From positions 1 to 64,000 of the forward strand of contig CAVPLT010000006.1 in assembly GCA_963706325.1 (NCBI GenBank): DNA of 64,000 nucleotides, given 5' to 3'. Both the position numbers and the translations under genes were made by a program. How positions within the stretch are numbered: the stretch's first letter is position 1; each line of letters begins with the position of its first letter. The notes beneath the pieces are model-generated. The model searched no databases, had not been told where the DNA came from, and saw only the letters and a list, made by a program, of their open reading frames with translations. The DNA comes from an uncultured Nitrospiraceae bacterium (GTDB lineage Bacteria; Nitrospirota; Nitrospiria; Nitrospirales; Nitrospiraceae). Positions 63,890 through 64,000 of the stretch are shown here, in pieces.

Positions 63890-64000
63890 TTAATCCACCA
63901 TTGGCGCAATCTCCACGGCTTTTTTGATCAGGCAATCTCCCGCATATCCCTGCAACGCCATGGGTAGCATGGAGGCGTCGAGCGCTCGCGCGGAGTTCAC
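63890..64000 (-). CDS. 3' end of an unidentified gene running off the window
   Basis: Open frame VNSARALDASMLPMALQGYAGDCLIKKAVEIAPMVD* to the window edge. Confidence 0.35.
   Translation of the reverse strand: MNSARALDASMLPMALQGYAGDCLIKKAVEIAPMVD

Noticed and set aside
1..64000. CRISPR arrays, tRNA/rRNA genes, transposases, integrases, prophage genes
   Set aside because: None recognised by eye or in the ORF track; a covariance-model search was not possible.

Overview
Bacterial genomic DNA. From about 2.15 kb onward the gene repertoire (VPLPA-CTERM/exosortase D, long-form Pst permeases, YyaL-AKR fusion, ACT-malic enzyme) suggests a Nitrospira-like organism; this is inferred, not shown. The first ~2.15 kb looks like a chimera of fragments from other, higher-GC organisms, joined mid-gene. 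The rest has three blocks. (1) About 2.5-32.5 kb is a Wzx/Wzy exopolysaccharide locus coupled to a VPLPA-CTERM/XrtD protein-sorting system, with two heparinase II/III-like genes and a DUF4091 glycosidase-like gene. Several genes are broken by indels that look like sequencing errors. (2) About 32.5-53.1 kb is a phosphate/polyphosphate island: CHAD, sixA, ppx, phoU, pstBACS, psiE, a porin with three lipoproteins, a second pstS, a CBS protein and three OmpR-family regulators, with no kinase. (3) About 53.2-64 kb holds housekeeping genes. The most notable signal is seven 54-bp promoter elements of identical geometry (four hexamers at 11-bp period, a 9-bp spacer, then a -10 box). They define a candidate Pho regulon that includes uncharacterised members.
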